From contig MSGV01000001.1 of NCBI GenBank assembly GCA_001940845.1, forward strand, positions 25,975 through 89,974: a stretch of 64,000 nt of DNA. The letters are read 5' to 3'. A program made the translations under genes and the position numbers. Each line of letters begins with the position of its first letter. Within the stretch, counting starts at the first letter, position 1. This DNA comes from Christensenellaceae bacterium Phil7 (GTDB taxonomy: Bacteria; Bacillota; Clostridia; Christensenellales; CAG-138). Below the pieces are notes generated by a model that was not told the origin of the DNA, did not search any database, and worked only from the letters and a program-made list of their open reading frames with translations. Positions 53,932-62,156 of the stretch are shown here, piece by piece.

Positions 53932-54336
53932 ATGACAGACCAAGAAAGAAATCAAATCATTCTGCTTCAACAGCAGGGGCTTGGGTATAAGCGGATCGCT
54001 ACGCAACTGAATCTACCCGTCAATGGGGTCAAAAGTTTCTGCCGCCGTCACCCGATGGAGGTAGCCCCTCCGCAGGCTCAGATGCGTGTGTGCCAGCAAT
54101 GCGGTGCGCCGCTGAAGCAACAGCCGAGCCGGAAGGTCAAGAAATTCTGCTCGGACAAATGCCGAATGGCGTGGTGGAACAGCCACCAAGACCAGGTGAA
54201 CCGTCAAGCCTTCTACCAGCTTACTTGTCCGCAGTGTGGATGCCAGTTTGAGGTTTATGGGAAAAAGCATCGTGTGTACTGCTCACGCACCTGCTATGCC
54301 CAGGCTCGGCGCAAGGAGGTGGACGGTGATGGATGA
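53932..54336 (+). CDS. Sigma-70 region-4-like HTH plus zinc-ribbon protein (recombinase-associated)
   Basis: RNQIILLQQQGLGYKRIATQLNLPVNGVKSFCRR, then CQQCG...CSDKC...CPQCG...CSRTC. Confidence 0.65.
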   Translation: MTDQERNQIILLQQQGLGYKRIATQLNLPVNGVKSFCRRHPMEVAPPQAQMRVCQQCGAPLKQQPSRKVKKFCSDKCRMAWWNSHQDQVNRQAFYQLTCPQCGCQFEVYGKKHRVYCSRTCYAQARRKEVDGDG

Positions 54337-54487
54337 GTTTCGCCAGCGGGTCATCGCCTATCAGATCGCCATGACTCTTGCTCGGAGTATGCTCTCGCAG
54401 GGCATCATCACCGAGGAAGAGTACCGTAAAATTGATACCATAATGGCCGAAAAATACAGCTTATCTTCGGGTAGTATTTTCCGATAA
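54329..54487 (+). CDS. Small conserved recombinase-associated protein
   Basis: 52 aa, MDEFRQRVIAYQIAMTLARSMLSQGIITEEEYRKIDTIMAEKY. Overlaps the upstream stop codon. Confidence 0.45.
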   Translation: MDEFRQRVIAYQIAMTLARSMLSQGIITEEEYRKIDTIMAEKYSLSSGSIFR

Positions 54488-54556
54488 TTATCGCAGAAAT
54501 CCCTGGATAATAAGCACTTTCAGAGGTAATATGGGACACTACAAGGAGGTGATCTG
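54486..54556 (+). promoter_or_regulatory. Promoter box family, copy 4, upstream of the recombinases
   Basis: TGGATA (54504), 17-nt spacer, TAATAT (54527). Shares TATCGC.GAAATCCCTGGATA and CAGAGGTAATATG with copies 2 and 3. Confidence 0.5.
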
Positions 54557-55867
54557 ATGGAAAGAACCATTCGACAAATCGAGATGACCGTGCCAGTTCA
54601 GCCCCGTTTGAAACGGGTCGCTGCCTACGCCAGAGTGTCGAGCGGCAAGGATGCCATGCTCCACTCGCTATCGTCACAGGTCAGTCTTTACAGCCAGCTC
54701 ATTCAAAACCATGAGGGCTGGCAATACTGCGGAGTCTACTCCGATGAAGCCTTCACAGGCACAAAAGAAAACAGGCAAGGGTTTCAGAGCCTCTTGACCG
54801 AATGCCGCGCCGGGAACATCGACCTCATTATCACAAAATCTATTTCCCGGTTTGCGAGGAACACGGTCACGCTTTTGCAGACCGTCCGGGAACTGAAACT
54901 GCTGGGAGTGGATGTATATTTTGAGGAACAGAACATCCACACCCAAAGCGCAGACGGTGAGCTGATGATGACCATTTTGGCATCCTACGCCCAGGAGGAA
55001 AGCCTTTCTGCCAGTGAAAATCAAAAGTGGCGTATTCGAAAGAATTTTGAAGAGGGCAAGCCCTGGAACGGCACTGTTCTGGGATACCGTATCGAAAACG
55101 GACAGTATGTGGTCGTGCCGGAGGAGGCGGCTATTGTGCGCCGCATTTTTGAGGAATACCTTGATGGGTTCGGTTTTAATGCCATCGCCCAGCATCTCAA
55201 CGCAGACGGCTTGACCACACGCTACGGAAACCCCTGGCACCACAGCGGTGTTCAGAAGCTCATCCGAAATTACTGCTACACGGGGAACCTACTCCTTCAG
55301 CGGACTTTTCGGGAGAACCATATCACAAAAAAGACCTTGCCCAATCAAGGCGAACTGCCCATGTACCATGCCACAGAAACGCATGAGCCGATCGTCAGCA
55401 TGACCTTGTTTGAGGCGGTGCAGCGTGAAGCCGATGCCAGAGCCGAGCATTACAACCACACGAAGGTTAAAGTGACATACCCATTCACAGGAAAACTGGA
55501 ATGCCTGGGTTGTGGCAAGAACTACCGCAGAAAAGTGACTACGGCACGTGTGGTATGGATCTGCGCCACCTTTAACAGCAAGGGCAAAGCCGCCTGCGCC
55601 TCAAAGCAGATTCCAGAGGAAACCCTTATGGCGGTGACCGCCCAGGTGCTTGGGACACCCAAGTTCGATGAACACCTCTTCGCCGCAGCCATTGAGAAAA
55701 TCCAGGTGGGCAAAAACAATGCGCTCCATTACATTTTTCGGGACGGGCGATGCGTGGACACCACCTGGGCAGACCGCTCCAGAGCCGAAAGCTGGAGTCC
55801 CGAAATGAAGGAAGCGGCTCGGCAACGACAAATGCAAAGGAGGAAAGATGAATGGCTCGATCAGTGA
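54557..55867 (+). CDS. Large serine recombinase 1
   Basis: AAYARVSSGKD (catalytic Ser region), IITKSISRFARN, ASYAQEES, and zinc ribbon CLGCG...CATF...C. Confidence 0.9.
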   Translation: MERTIRQIEMTVPVQPRLKRVAAYARVSSGKDAMLHSLSSQVSLYSQLIQNHEGWQYCGVYSDEAFTGTKENRQGFQSLLTECRAGNIDLIITKSISRFARNTVTLLQTVRELKLLGVDVYFEEQNIHTQSADGELMMTILASYAQEESLSASENQKWRIRKNFEEGKPWNGTVLGYRIENGQYVVVPEEAAIVRRIFEEYLDGFGFNAIAQHLNADGLTTRYGNPWHHSGVQKLIRNYCYTGNLLLQRTFRENHITKKTLPNQGELPMYHATETHEPIVSMTLFEAVQREADARAEHYNHTKVKVTYPFTGKLECLGCGKNYRRKVTTARVVWICATFNSKGKAACASKQIPEETLMAVTAQVLGTPKFDEHLFAAAIEKIQVGKNNALHYIFRDGRCVDTTWADRSRAESWSPEMKEAARQRQMQRRKDEWLDQ

Positions 55868-57429
55868 CCGTTATCCCTTCCACCATTAACCCGGTGACAA
55901 GGATGCCCAGCACCACGGTGCAGAAACGCCGGGTGGCCGGCTACGCCCGTGTATCAACGGACAGCGATGAGCAGTTCACCAGCTACGAGGCACAAATCGA
56001 CTACTACACGAACTTCATCCAACGCCATGCCGATTGGCAGTTCGTGAAGGTCTACACGGACGAGGGCATTTCCGGCACTAACATGAAACGCCGGGACGGT
56101 TTCAATCAAATGATCGCAGATGCGCTGGCGGGCAAGATCGACCTCATTGTTACGAAGTCCGTCAGCCGCTTTGCCAGGAATACGGTGGACAGCCTGGTGA
56201 CCGTCCGCAAGCTAAAGGAAAAAGGTGTGGAGGTCTACTTTGAAAAGGGGAACATTTACACCTTCGACAGCAAGGGCGAGTTGCTCATCACCATCATGTC
56301 CAGCCTCGCCCAAGAGGAAAGCCGCTCCATTTCTGAAAATGTAACATGGGGTCAGCGGAAACGGTTTGCAGACGGAAAGGTCAGCCTGCCGTACAATCAG
56401 TTCCTCGGTTACCGCAAAGGCCCAGACGGGCTGCCGGAGATCGTGCCGGAGCAGGCAGAGGTTGTCCACAGGATTTACAGTCTTTTCATTGAGGGAAAGA
56501 CCACCTGCGGTATTGCCAAAATCCTCACCGCAGAGGGCATCCCAACGCCATCCGGCAAGCAGAACTGGCAGGCCAGCACAGTCGAGAGCATCCTCACCAA
56601 CGAAAAGTACAAAGGGGACGCGCTCCTCCAGAAAGCCTTTACTGTGGATTTCCTTTCCAAGAAAATGAAACGCAATGAAGGCGAGGTTCCCCAATACTAT
56701 GTGGAGAACAGCCACCCAGCTATCATCCCTCCCGACGAGTGGCAGATCGTCCAGCGTGAATTTGCGCGCCGGAAAGCCCTGGGGAGAAAGTACAGCGGCG
56801 GCAGCGTTTTCTCCACCCGGCTGGTGTGCGGCGACTGCGGAGCGTTTTTCGGCAGCAAGGTCTGGCATTCCAATCGCCCCTGCCGGAAAACCGTCTGGCG
56901 GTGCAACGGAAAGTATGAGGGCGACCACAGATGCGGCACTCCCAACCTGGACGAAGAGGTCATTAAGGAGCGATTCCTTGCGGCGGTCAACATTCTGTTT
57001 TCCATCAAGGATACCGTCCTGGACGATTGCCGCATCATGCAGACCGCCCTCACGGACTGCTCGGCCATTGATAGTGAACTGGAAAGCCTGGTCGGAGAGC
57101 TGGAGATCGTTGCGGAACTGACCAAACGGTGCATCGAGGAGAATTCCCGGAACGCCCAAGACCAGGCTGAATACGCTGCCCGGTACAATGGGCTGGTGGA
57201 GCGGTACGAAAAGGCAAAGGAACGGATGGACACCCTCCAGACCCAACGAGCCGAACGGCAGGATGAGGCAGATGCCATCGGAGCATTCATGTTCACCCTC
57301 TGCGAGATGGAGACTGCCGCCCAGGAATTTGACCCCAAGCTGTGGCTTGTATCGGTCGACCGAGCCATGGTTCACAGCGATGGCACGATGACCTTCCGCT
57401 TTACCAGCGGGGTTGAGATCATTGCCTGA
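55852..57429 (+). CDS. Large serine recombinase 2
   Basis: AGYARVSTDSDEQ, VTKSVSRFARN, SSLAQEESRSISEN, CGDCG...CNGKYEGDHRC, and a C-terminal coiled coil. Confidence 0.9.
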   Translation: MARSVTVIPSTINPVTRMPSTTVQKRRVAGYARVSTDSDEQFTSYEAQIDYYTNFIQRHADWQFVKVYTDEGISGTNMKRRDGFNQMIADALAGKIDLIVTKSVSRFARNTVDSLVTVRKLKEKGVEVYFEKGNIYTFDSKGELLITIMSSLAQEESRSISENVTWGQRKRFADGKVSLPYNQFLGYRKGPDGLPEIVPEQAEVVHRIYSLFIEGKTTCGIAKILTAEGIPTPSGKQNWQASTVESILTNEKYKGDALLQKAFTVDFLSKKMKRNEGEVPQYYVENSHPAIIPPDEWQIVQREFARRKALGRKYSGGSVFSTRLVCGDCGAFFGSKVWHSNRPCRKTVWRCNGKYEGDHRCGTPNLDEEVIKERFLAAVNILFSIKDTVLDDCRIMQTALTDCSAIDSELESLVGELEIVAELTKRCIEENSRNAQDQAEYAARYNGLVERYEKAKERMDTLQTQRAERQDEADAIGAFMFTLCEMETAAQEFDPKLWLVSVDRAMVHSDGTMTFRFTSGVEIIA

Positions 57430-57476
57430 ACATACAGAAACACCCATCAAGCCACCCGGAATATTCGCTGTAACTA

Positions 57477-57505
57477 TTGACATTACATCGAAGGTGCGCT
57501 ATACT
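57477..57505 (+). promoter_or_regulatory. Promoter of the Rrf2 gene
   Basis: TTGACA, 17-nt spacer, TATACT. 25 of 32 positions are shared with the promoter at 58068. Confidence 0.6.
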
Positions 57506-57533
57506 ATACCTGTCGCACAGGAGGTGTAAACAG

Positions 57534-57977
57534 ATGCAGATTTCCAGCCGATTTACCATCGCTATCCACATATTTGCCTGCGTGGATACATTCAAAGACC
57601 AATTTAAGCTGACCAGCGATTTTATTGCCGGGTCTGTCAATGTTAATCCCGTAATCATCCGAAAAATCCTGCAGCAGCTAAAGGCGGCTGGGCTCGTCAC
57701 GGTGGCCAGAGGCACCGGGGGTGTAGAAGCTGCCCGACCGCTGGAGACGATTACGCTACTGGATGTGTTCCGGGCCGTGGACAGCATTGAGGACGGACAG
57801 CTCTTCCATTTCCACGAAAACCCCAACTCGGCCTGCCCCGTGGGTCGAAACATCCATTACGGGCTGGACGACAAGCTCCAATCGATCCAGCTTGCTATGG
57901 AAAATTCCATGCAGGGTATTACCCTTGCGGATGTGGTGCGGGATACGCAGCGGCGTATTGCAAATGAAGAAGCATAG
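57534..57977 (+). CDS. Rrf2-family transcriptional regulator
   Basis: MQISSRFTIAIHIFACV...SDFIAGSVNVNPVIIRKILQQLKAAGLV. ATG 57534 follows AGGAGG. Confidence 0.85.
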   Translation: MQISSRFTIAIHIFACVDTFKDQFKLTSDFIAGSVNVNPVIIRKILQQLKAAGLVTVARGTGGVEAARPLETITLLDVFRAVDSIEDGQLFHFHENPNSACPVGRNIHYGLDDKLQSIQLAMENSMQGITLADVVRDTQRRIANEEA

Positions 57978-58067
57978 TTATGAACCGTCTCGCAAGAGGC
58001 GGTTTTTGCTTTTCTTTTGAGCATGAGCGCTCCCTCAAAAATTTTTCGAGAATTTTCGTTGTACCTA

Positions 58068-58096
58068 TTGACATTACAACAAAGTGGTGCTACAAT
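58068..58096 (+). promoter_or_regulatory. Promoter of the PNPOx-like gene, sharing an operator-like box with 57477
   Basis: CTATTGACATTACA..., 17-nt spacer, TACAAT. Downstream inverted repeat TTGTAA-N9-TTACAA. Confidence 0.6.
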
Positions 58097-58156
58097 CTTT
58101 ATTGTAATCAACAAGGTTACAACGAGTAACCCGGATATTTATTGGAGGTATTTATC

Positions 58157-58552
58157 ATGAAGAAAGTTATCGAATTCCTGAACGCCAATCCTGTGCAGTA
58201 CTTAGCCACCGTAGGCCGGGATGGCAAGGCCAAGTGCCGCCCCTTTATGTTCGCCGGAGAGCTGGAAGGCAAGCTCTGGTTCTGCACCAACAACCAGAAG
58301 GATGTCTACGCCGATATGCAGGCGAACCCGGAGATCGAGATCTCCGTCTCCAGCCCGGAGTACGCCTGGCTTCGCCTCCACGGCACCGCTGTGTTTGAAA
58401 ACAACATGGCCGCCAAGGAAATGTGCATCCAGAATCCCATCGTGAAGGGTCAGTACGGCGAGGCAACGAATCCCATTTTTGAGGTGTTCTATCTGGCAGA
58501 TCCCCACGGCCTTATTGCCGACTTCTCCGGCAACCCGCCCTACGAATTCTAA
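58157..58552 (+). CDS. Pyridoxamine 5'-phosphate oxidase-family protein
   Basis: YLATVGRDGKAKCRPFMF...KLWFCTNNQKDVY. Confidence 0.75.
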   Translation: MKKVIEFLNANPVQYLATVGRDGKAKCRPFMFAGELEGKLWFCTNNQKDVYADMQANPEIEISVSSPEYAWLRLHGTAVFENNMAAKEMCIQNPIVKGQYGEATNPIFEVFYLADPHGLIADFSGNPPYEF

Positions 58553-58565
58553 CCCCCTCGCACAA

Positions 58566-58735
58566 CCTAAAATCTTCAGGGCAAGGTGTGATTCCTGACC
58601 GGCAGTAAAGTCTGCGACCCGCATAGCGGCTGAAACGGTTTGATTCCGTTACCGACGGTATAGTCCGGATGATAGAAGATATGACCGGAACAGCCCTGTA
58701 GGTATGATACCTATGGGGCTGCTTCTGAATCCACA
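58566..58735 (+). promoter_or_regulatory. FMN riboswitch (RFN element)
   Basis: AATCTTCAGGGCAAGGTGTGATTCCTGACCGGCAGTAAAGTCTGCGACC...GGTTTGATTCCGTTACCGACGGTATAGTCCGGATGATAGAAGAT matches the RFN consensus core. A hairpin expression platform follows. Confidence 0.9.
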
Positions 58736-58756
58736 GCATATCTCAACAGGAGAATT

Positions 58757-59362
58757 ATGAATTACGCAGTTTCCACACGAACCCGCTCGATGAAAGTCAG
58801 GACTGTCACGATGACGGCTATGCTTTCGGCCATTTCCTTTCTCATGGCTTTTATTGAATTTCCAGTCCCACTCTCTCCCTCATTCGCAAGAATGGATCTG
58901 TCCGATCTTCCTGCGCTGATCGGTGCATTTGCTTTTGGCCCGTTCTGCGGCGTAATGATCGAGCTGGTTAAAAACGCTTTACAGCTTCTCTCCACGTCCA
59001 CTGGCGGCGTGGGGGAGCTGGCAAATTTCCTTATGGGCGGAGCGTATGCGCTGACTGCTGGACTGCTCTATCAAGCCCACAAAACGAAGAAGATGGCGGC
59101 ATTTGCCTGTGTGATCGCAAGTGTGGTCATGGGGATCGTGGCAGCACTCGCCAACTATTTCATCCTGCTGCCCTTGTTTGAATCCTTTCTGCCGCTGGAA
59201 CAGTTGATCGCATCCTTTGGGGAGCTTATTCCATTCATCCACACAAAACTGGATATTGTTCTTTGGAACGCCTTTCCCTTTAACCTGCTGAAAGGACTGG
59301 TGATCGGCGGCGTTACCATGCTGACCTATAAACGCCTGACACCAGTACTGAGGGGGAAATGA
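58757..59362 (+). CDS. ribU: ECF-transporter S component for riboflavin (RibU-like)
   Basis: Multi-TM protein (AMLSAISFLMAFIEFPVP...DLSDLPALIGAFAFGP) directly downstream of the FMN riboswitch. Confidence 0.8.
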   Translation: MNYAVSTRTRSMKVRTVTMTAMLSAISFLMAFIEFPVPLSPSFARMDLSDLPALIGAFAFGPFCGVMIELVKNALQLLSTSTGGVGELANFLMGGAYALTAGLLYQAHKTKKMAAFACVIASVVMGIVAALANYFILLPLFESFLPLEQLIASFGELIPFIHTKLDIVLWNAFPFNLLKGLVIGGVTMLTYKRLTPVLRGK

Positions 59363-59363
59363 T

Positions 59364-59972
59364 ATGGACTCCAAAAACTACTTGAAACTGCTGGTGGAGG
59401 AATTTCATTCCACCACCGTTGCCACCATTGGTGCGGACGGCCATCCGCAAACCCGTGTCATTGACATGATGCTGTGGGACAAAAAAGGGGTGTATTTCCT
59501 TACCGCAAAGGGCAAGGAGTTTTACCGCCAGCTTATGGAGCAGGGCTATATCGCTCTGTCCGCCGTGAAAGACAAGCGCTCCATTTCCCTCCGGGGCAAA
59601 ATAAAAAATATCGGGCGTAAAAAGCTGGATGAGATTTTTGAAAAGAATCCCTATATGCAGGGTATCTATCCCGGAGACACCCGCTCCGCTTTGGAGGTGT
59701 TCTGCCTCTATGAAGCCCAAGGGGAATACTTTGACATCAGTGAGCCTACCCATGTGACCAGGGACAGCATCACCATTGGCGGATGCGACACAGTGGTAAG
59801 CGGATACTTTGTGGGAAAGAATTGCATCGGCTGTAAGCTGTGCTACTCGGTCTGTCCTCAGAAGTGCATTGACATTTCAGGAAAACCTGTGGTGATCGAC
59901 CAGCACCGCTGTCTGCACTGCGGCCGCTGCGCCGAAATCTGCCCCAAGCAAACCATCCAAAAGAGAGGCTAA
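59364..59972 (+). CDS. PNPOx-like FMN-binding domain fused to a 2x[4Fe-4S] ferredoxin domain
   Basis: ATIGADGHPQTRVIDMM..., then CIGCKLCYSVCP and CLHCGRCAEICP. Confidence 0.8.
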   Translation: MDSKNYLKLLVEEFHSTTVATIGADGHPQTRVIDMMLWDKKGVYFLTAKGKEFYRQLMEQGYIALSAVKDKRSISLRGKIKNIGRKKLDEIFEKNPYMQGIYPGDTRSALEVFCLYEAQGEYFDISEPTHVTRDSITIGGCDTVVSGYFVGKNCIGCKLCYSVCPQKCIDISGKPVVIDQHRCLHCGRCAEICPKQTIQKRG

Positions 59973-59974
59973 CC

Positions 59975-60754
59975 ATGACACAACGAGAACGAAGAATCTA
60001 TCTGATCCGGGCGCTTTTGCGGGAAGATCCTGAGTTTCGCCGCTTCTCCATCCCGGAAAGCGATGGAGAACAGAGAAAACTTCTCCGGGCGCTGTTCAAT
60101 GTGCGTCTGCCGGGGGATGCCACGGATGAATTTCTGGAAATTCAAGACGAATACCTTCGGGCAGAAACGGAGACCAAGGGCGTTGTGGATTACAAAGCCC
60201 TTACCCCCATTCAGAACGGTCTCTACCTCTGGCAAGGGGACATCACCCGCCTCCGCTGCGATGCCATCGTCAACGCCGCCAACAGTCAGATGCTGGGTTG
60301 CTTTCATCCGAACCACACCTGCATCGACAACTGCATCCACACCTATGCGGGCATCCAGCTCCGCCGGGACTGCGCTCAGATCATGGAGCGGCAGGGCCAT
60401 GATGAGGAAACAGGCCAGGCGAAAATCACCCCGGCCTACAATCTCCCGGCTCACTATGTCATTCATACCGTTGGGCCCATCGTGACGGGGCGGCTGACCC
60501 AAGAACACGAACGGCTGCTTGCCTCCTGCTACCGCTCCTGCATGGAACTGGCAGAGGAAAACGGCGTTTCGTCCATTGCCTTTTGCTGCATCTCCACAGG
60601 GGTGTTTTGCTTCCCCAACCGCCGGGCAGCCGAAATCGCCGTTCAGACGGTGCAGGGCTACCGGCAGACGCACAACAGCACCATCGAGGTGATATTCAAT
60701 GTTTTTCAGGACACCGACTATGAAATCTACCACGAACTACTCAGCAGCCGTTGA
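59975..60754 (+). CDS. Macrodomain protein (ADP-ribose hydrolase type)
   Basis: LWQGDITRLRCDAIVNAANSQMLGC...IHTVGPIV...IAFCCISTGVFCFP. Confidence 0.85.
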   Translation: MTQRERRIYLIRALLREDPEFRRFSIPESDGEQRKLLRALFNVRLPGDATDEFLEIQDEYLRAETETKGVVDYKALTPIQNGLYLWQGDITRLRCDAIVNAANSQMLGCFHPNHTCIDNCIHTYAGIQLRRDCAQIMERQGHDEETGQAKITPAYNLPAHYVIHTVGPIVTGRLTQEHERLLASCYRSCMELAEENGVSSIAFCCISTGVFCFPNRRAAEIAVQTVQGYRQTHNSTIEVIFNVFQDTDYEIYHELLSSR

Positions 60755-61583
60755 CTGCCTGCGTATCGAGCTGGAAACCGCCGCCGCCATCCTCATCGGT
60801 GCGGGAGCCGGAATGTCCGCTTCCGCTGGGATGGACTACAGCGGGAAGCGGTTCGAGGAAAATTTCTCTGACTTTCGCCAGAAATACGGCATTACGGATA
60901 TGTATTCCGGCGGTTTCTATCCCTTTGACACATTGGAGGAATACTGGGCATGGTGGTCACGGCACATCCTGCTGAACCGCTACGAGGCCGGGGTGGGAAA
61001 GCCCTATGCCGACCTGCTGGATTTGGTGCGGGACAAGGATTATTTCGTCCTAACCACCAATGTGGACCATCAATTCCAGCTTGCGGGCTTTGAGAAGGCA
61101 CGTCTCTTTTACACCCAGGGGGACTACGGCCTGTGGCAGTGTGCCAAAGCCTGCCATCCCAAGACCTACGATAACGAGGAAGCAGTACGCCGCATGGTAT
61201 CTGCTCAGGCGGATATGCGCATCCCCACCGACTTGATTCCCCGCTGTCCCATCTGCGGTGCGCCCATGACTATGAATCTGCGCTGTGACGATACCTTTGT
61301 CCAGGACGCGGGCTGGTATGCGGCGGCAGGGCGGTATGAAGCCTTTCTCCGGGAACATCGGGGTAAGCATATTCTTCTCCTGGAGCTGGGCGTGGGAGCC
61401 AATACCCCCGGTATCATCAAGTACCCCTTCTGGCGTATGGCGGCACAGAATCCCAAAGCTGTCTATGCCTGCGTGAACCGCGGGCAGGCATACGTCCCAG
61501 CAGAACTGGAGCAGCAGACCATTTGCATCGACCGGGACATTGCTGACGGACTGAATGCTTTGAGCCTTAAACACCCTGTGTAA
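60720..61583 (+). CDS. SIR2-family protein (SirTM-like, macrodomain-linked)
   Basis: ILIGAGAGMSASAGMDYSG, VLTTNVDHQF, and CPICGAPM...LRCDD (zinc module). Overlaps the macrodomain gene. Confidence 0.8.
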   Translation: MKSTTNYSAAVDCLRIELETAAAILIGAGAGMSASAGMDYSGKRFEENFSDFRQKYGITDMYSGGFYPFDTLEEYWAWWSRHILLNRYEAGVGKPYADLLDLVRDKDYFVLTTNVDHQFQLAGFEKARLFYTQGDYGLWQCAKACHPKTYDNEEAVRRMVSAQADMRIPTDLIPRCPICGAPMTMNLRCDDTFVQDAGWYAAAGRYEAFLREHRGKHILLLELGVGANTPGIIKYPFWRMAAQNPKAVYACVNRGQAYVPAELEQQTICIDRDIADGLNALSLKHPV

Positions 61584-61586
61584 AAG

Positions 61587-61657
61587 TGAACCCCTACGCA
61601 AAATTGAACCCCTTTGCCTCCAATGATGAACCCCCTTTATGAGCGAATTTGAACCCC
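61587..61657 (+). repeat. Four direct TGAACCCC repeats
   Basis: Copies at 61587, 61605, 61627 and 61650 (spacing 18, 22 and 23 nt), at the transition to AT-rich DNA. Confidence 0.75.
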
Positions 61658-61857
61658 CTGCGAGGACGCATCATAATTAGGGTCATTTGCCAAACCAATA
61701 TAATCCGAACTAAATCTTCCTTATTGGAGATGGGTTCGGATTATTTGTTTTCTTTGATAAATTTGAAGATACCCATTTCTGCAACGGTGTTATCAAAAGG
61801 CCAGAATCTGAGCCAAGAGGCCCAAGAAAGAAAAAACAAATTTAGGAGGATATAGTT

Positions 61858-62106
61858 ATGGAAAAAGTTGTTTCTTGCGAGTTTAATATGGATACCGCTT
61901 CCGTCGAGGTCAAGTACACAGATGGTAGCATGCTCTCCATCTACTGCCCCAAGGTCGAGGACGAGTTTGCAGAGAATATGTATGAACGGTCAGAGTTGAC
62001 TTAGCTGGTATATAATACTCCGGCGGACTACGTGAATCTGCTGCTCCATGGGAATATGCGTGAGTATTTGAACTATGCAACTGACTATCACCCGTTGGAT
62101 ATCTAA
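61858..62106 (+). pseudogene. Small ORF interrupted by an in-frame TAG
   Basis: AGGAGG, 8 nt, then ATG. Encodes MEKVVSCEFNMDTASVEVKYTDGSMLSIYCPKVEDEFAENMYERSELT, TAG at 62002-62004, then LVYNTPADYVNLLLHGNMREYLNYATDYHPLDI and TAA. Confidence 0.5.
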
Positions 62107-62116
62107 TCTATGAAAA

Positions 62117-62156
62117 ACGAGGTGTCACCGATCTGGTGTCACCTCGTCATTTTATT
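62117..62156. terminator. Strong, probably bidirectional terminator
   Basis: ACGAGGTGTCACC-gatct-GGTGTCACCTCGT forms a 13-bp perfect stem, flanked by AAAAA upstream and TTTTATT downstream. Confidence 0.8.

Larger units (their letters stand above)
12200..57470 (+). mobile_element. Integrated siphovirus-type prophage (~45 kb), boundaries approximate
   Basis: A continuous plus-strand set of replication, packaging, head, tail, lysis and serine-recombinase modules, flanked by unrelated AT-richer or host-like genes. No att sites could be defined by eye. Confidence 0.8.

Noticed and set aside
42047-62106. Hypothesis that the element uses a reassigned stop codon (alternative genetic code)
   Set aside because: Only two in-frame stops were seen in ~60 genes, and they are different codons (TAA in the tape measure gene, TAG in a non-phage small ORF). 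TGA, TAA and TAG all terminate well-defined genes elsewhere. The standard code fits.
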